From the IMG/VR virus record IMGVR_UViG_3300007722_000103, positions 1-25,325 of that record: a DNA stretch of 25,325 bases; one strand, 5' to 3'. A model generated the notes under the pieces. That model made no database searches and had not been told where the DNA came from. It saw nothing but the letters and a program-made list of their open reading frames with translations. Below, piece after piece: positions 25,205 through 25,325 of this stretch. The stretch's first letter is position 1. Every line of letters begins with the position of its first letter. This DNA is from a virus (taxonomy: Duplodnaviria; Caudoviricetes). Both the position numbers and the translations under genes were made by a program.

Positions 25205-25325
25205 AGAATACGGATTAGATGTACAACGATTGTTTTTAGAAATGATGCTGGAAGATGCTTCCAGCTATGTGCGTGTACAAAACATTTATAACCCTGAGAA
25301 CTTTGACAAAAGTATCAGGTCAGCA
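25197..25325 (+). CDS. N-terminus of probable replicative helicase (partial)
   Basis: MLKEYGLDVQRLFLEMMLEDASSYVRVQNIYNPENFDKSIRSA runs off the window and overlaps the primase stop; identity inferred from position and the 'PENFD' DnaB-like N-terminal pattern. Confidence 0.6.
   Translation, partial: MLKEYGLDVQRLFLEMMLEDASSYVRVQNIYNPENFDKSIRSA

Noticed and set aside
1-25325. CRISPR array, tRNA or rRNA genes, integrase, stop-codon reassignment
   Set aside because: None seen by eye; intergenic gaps are short and genes read full length in the standard code. A covariance-model search was not possible.

Overview
Gene-dense, standard-code segment of a large lytic dsDNA phage with a T4-like replication/recombination gene set (family assignment inferred from motifs, no database search run). 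Order: UvsX/RecA, small acidic protein, UvsY; a ~12 kb cluster of 16 glycan-synthesis/modification genes (gmd, four DxD glycosyltransferases, four KpsS/KpsC-like paralogs, a pyruvyl-transferase-like gene, five methyltransferases, a cytidylyltransferase-cupin fusion); an early-promoter island with an AAA+ ATPase; a UvsW-like helicase; a clamp-loader-like gene; a zinc-finger protein; a miniature DnaE-like protein; a virion-like protein; a GIY-YIG endonuclease; primase; and the start of a probable replicative helicase. The strongest finding is that the UvsW-like helicase is fractured inside its DExH box by a naturally split intein (IntN 97 aa, IntC 35 aa), with a free-standing NUMOD3/TnsA-like endonuclease gene between the halves. 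Also notable are a 192-aa C-family polymerase core retaining all three catalytic aspartates and a repeated TAAATA-N4-6-ATG layout suggesting leaderless late mRNAs.
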